This document shows, piece by piece, positions 63,995 to 64,000 of a stretch of 64,000 nt of DNA. The stretch covers positions 1,536,001 through 1,600,000 of the forward strand of contig OZ242365.1 of assembly GCA_965208905.1 (NCBI GenBank). Direction: 5' to 3'. Source of the stretch: Nitrosopumilaceae archaeon. GTDB taxonomy: Archaea; Thermoproteota; Nitrososphaeria; Nitrososphaerales; Nitrosopumilaceae. The translations under genes and the position numbers were made by a program. Numbering within the stretch: position 1 is the stretch's first letter; each line of letters begins with the position of its first letter. The notes below the pieces were generated by a model that saw only the letters and a program-made list of their open reading frames with translations, made no database searches and was not told the origin of the DNA.

Positions 63995-64000
63995 CTTATC

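Overview
This 64 kb window is archaeal, most likely from an ammonia-oxidising Nitrosopumilaceae-type thaumarchaeon. The evidence is CdvA, a thaumarchaeal blue-copper protein, acs, and leaderless TATA promoters. Very high IS and pseudogene density suggests a host-associated lineage (inference). There are three zones. (1) About 1-35 kb is a defence island: a frameshifted PLD-helicase, a GmrSD-Schlafen fusion, an unknown two-gene module, a short prokaryotic Argonaute operon, a type I R-M remnant with HEPN/MNT, AbiE, and SWIM-SNF2. (2) About 38-51 kb holds core-like genes (multi-Cache protein, cupredoxin, HD protein, cdvA, acs) interspersed with IS elements. (3) About 53-64 kb looks like an integrated virus or plasmid (dUTPase, Mrr-like nuclease, Cys-every-third peptides, two large secreted paralogues). 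Two candidates stand out as undescribed systems. (a) A catalytically dead short pAgo is paired with a Schlafen/AlbA_2-APAZ effector (14905-17932), bracketed by inverted IS630 ends. (b) Two identical 1444-bp elements carry tnpB plus a structured RNA between terminal inverted repeats shared with a DDE (IS5/ISL2-like) transposon in the same window. All family assignments come from reading motifs by eye; no database searches were run.
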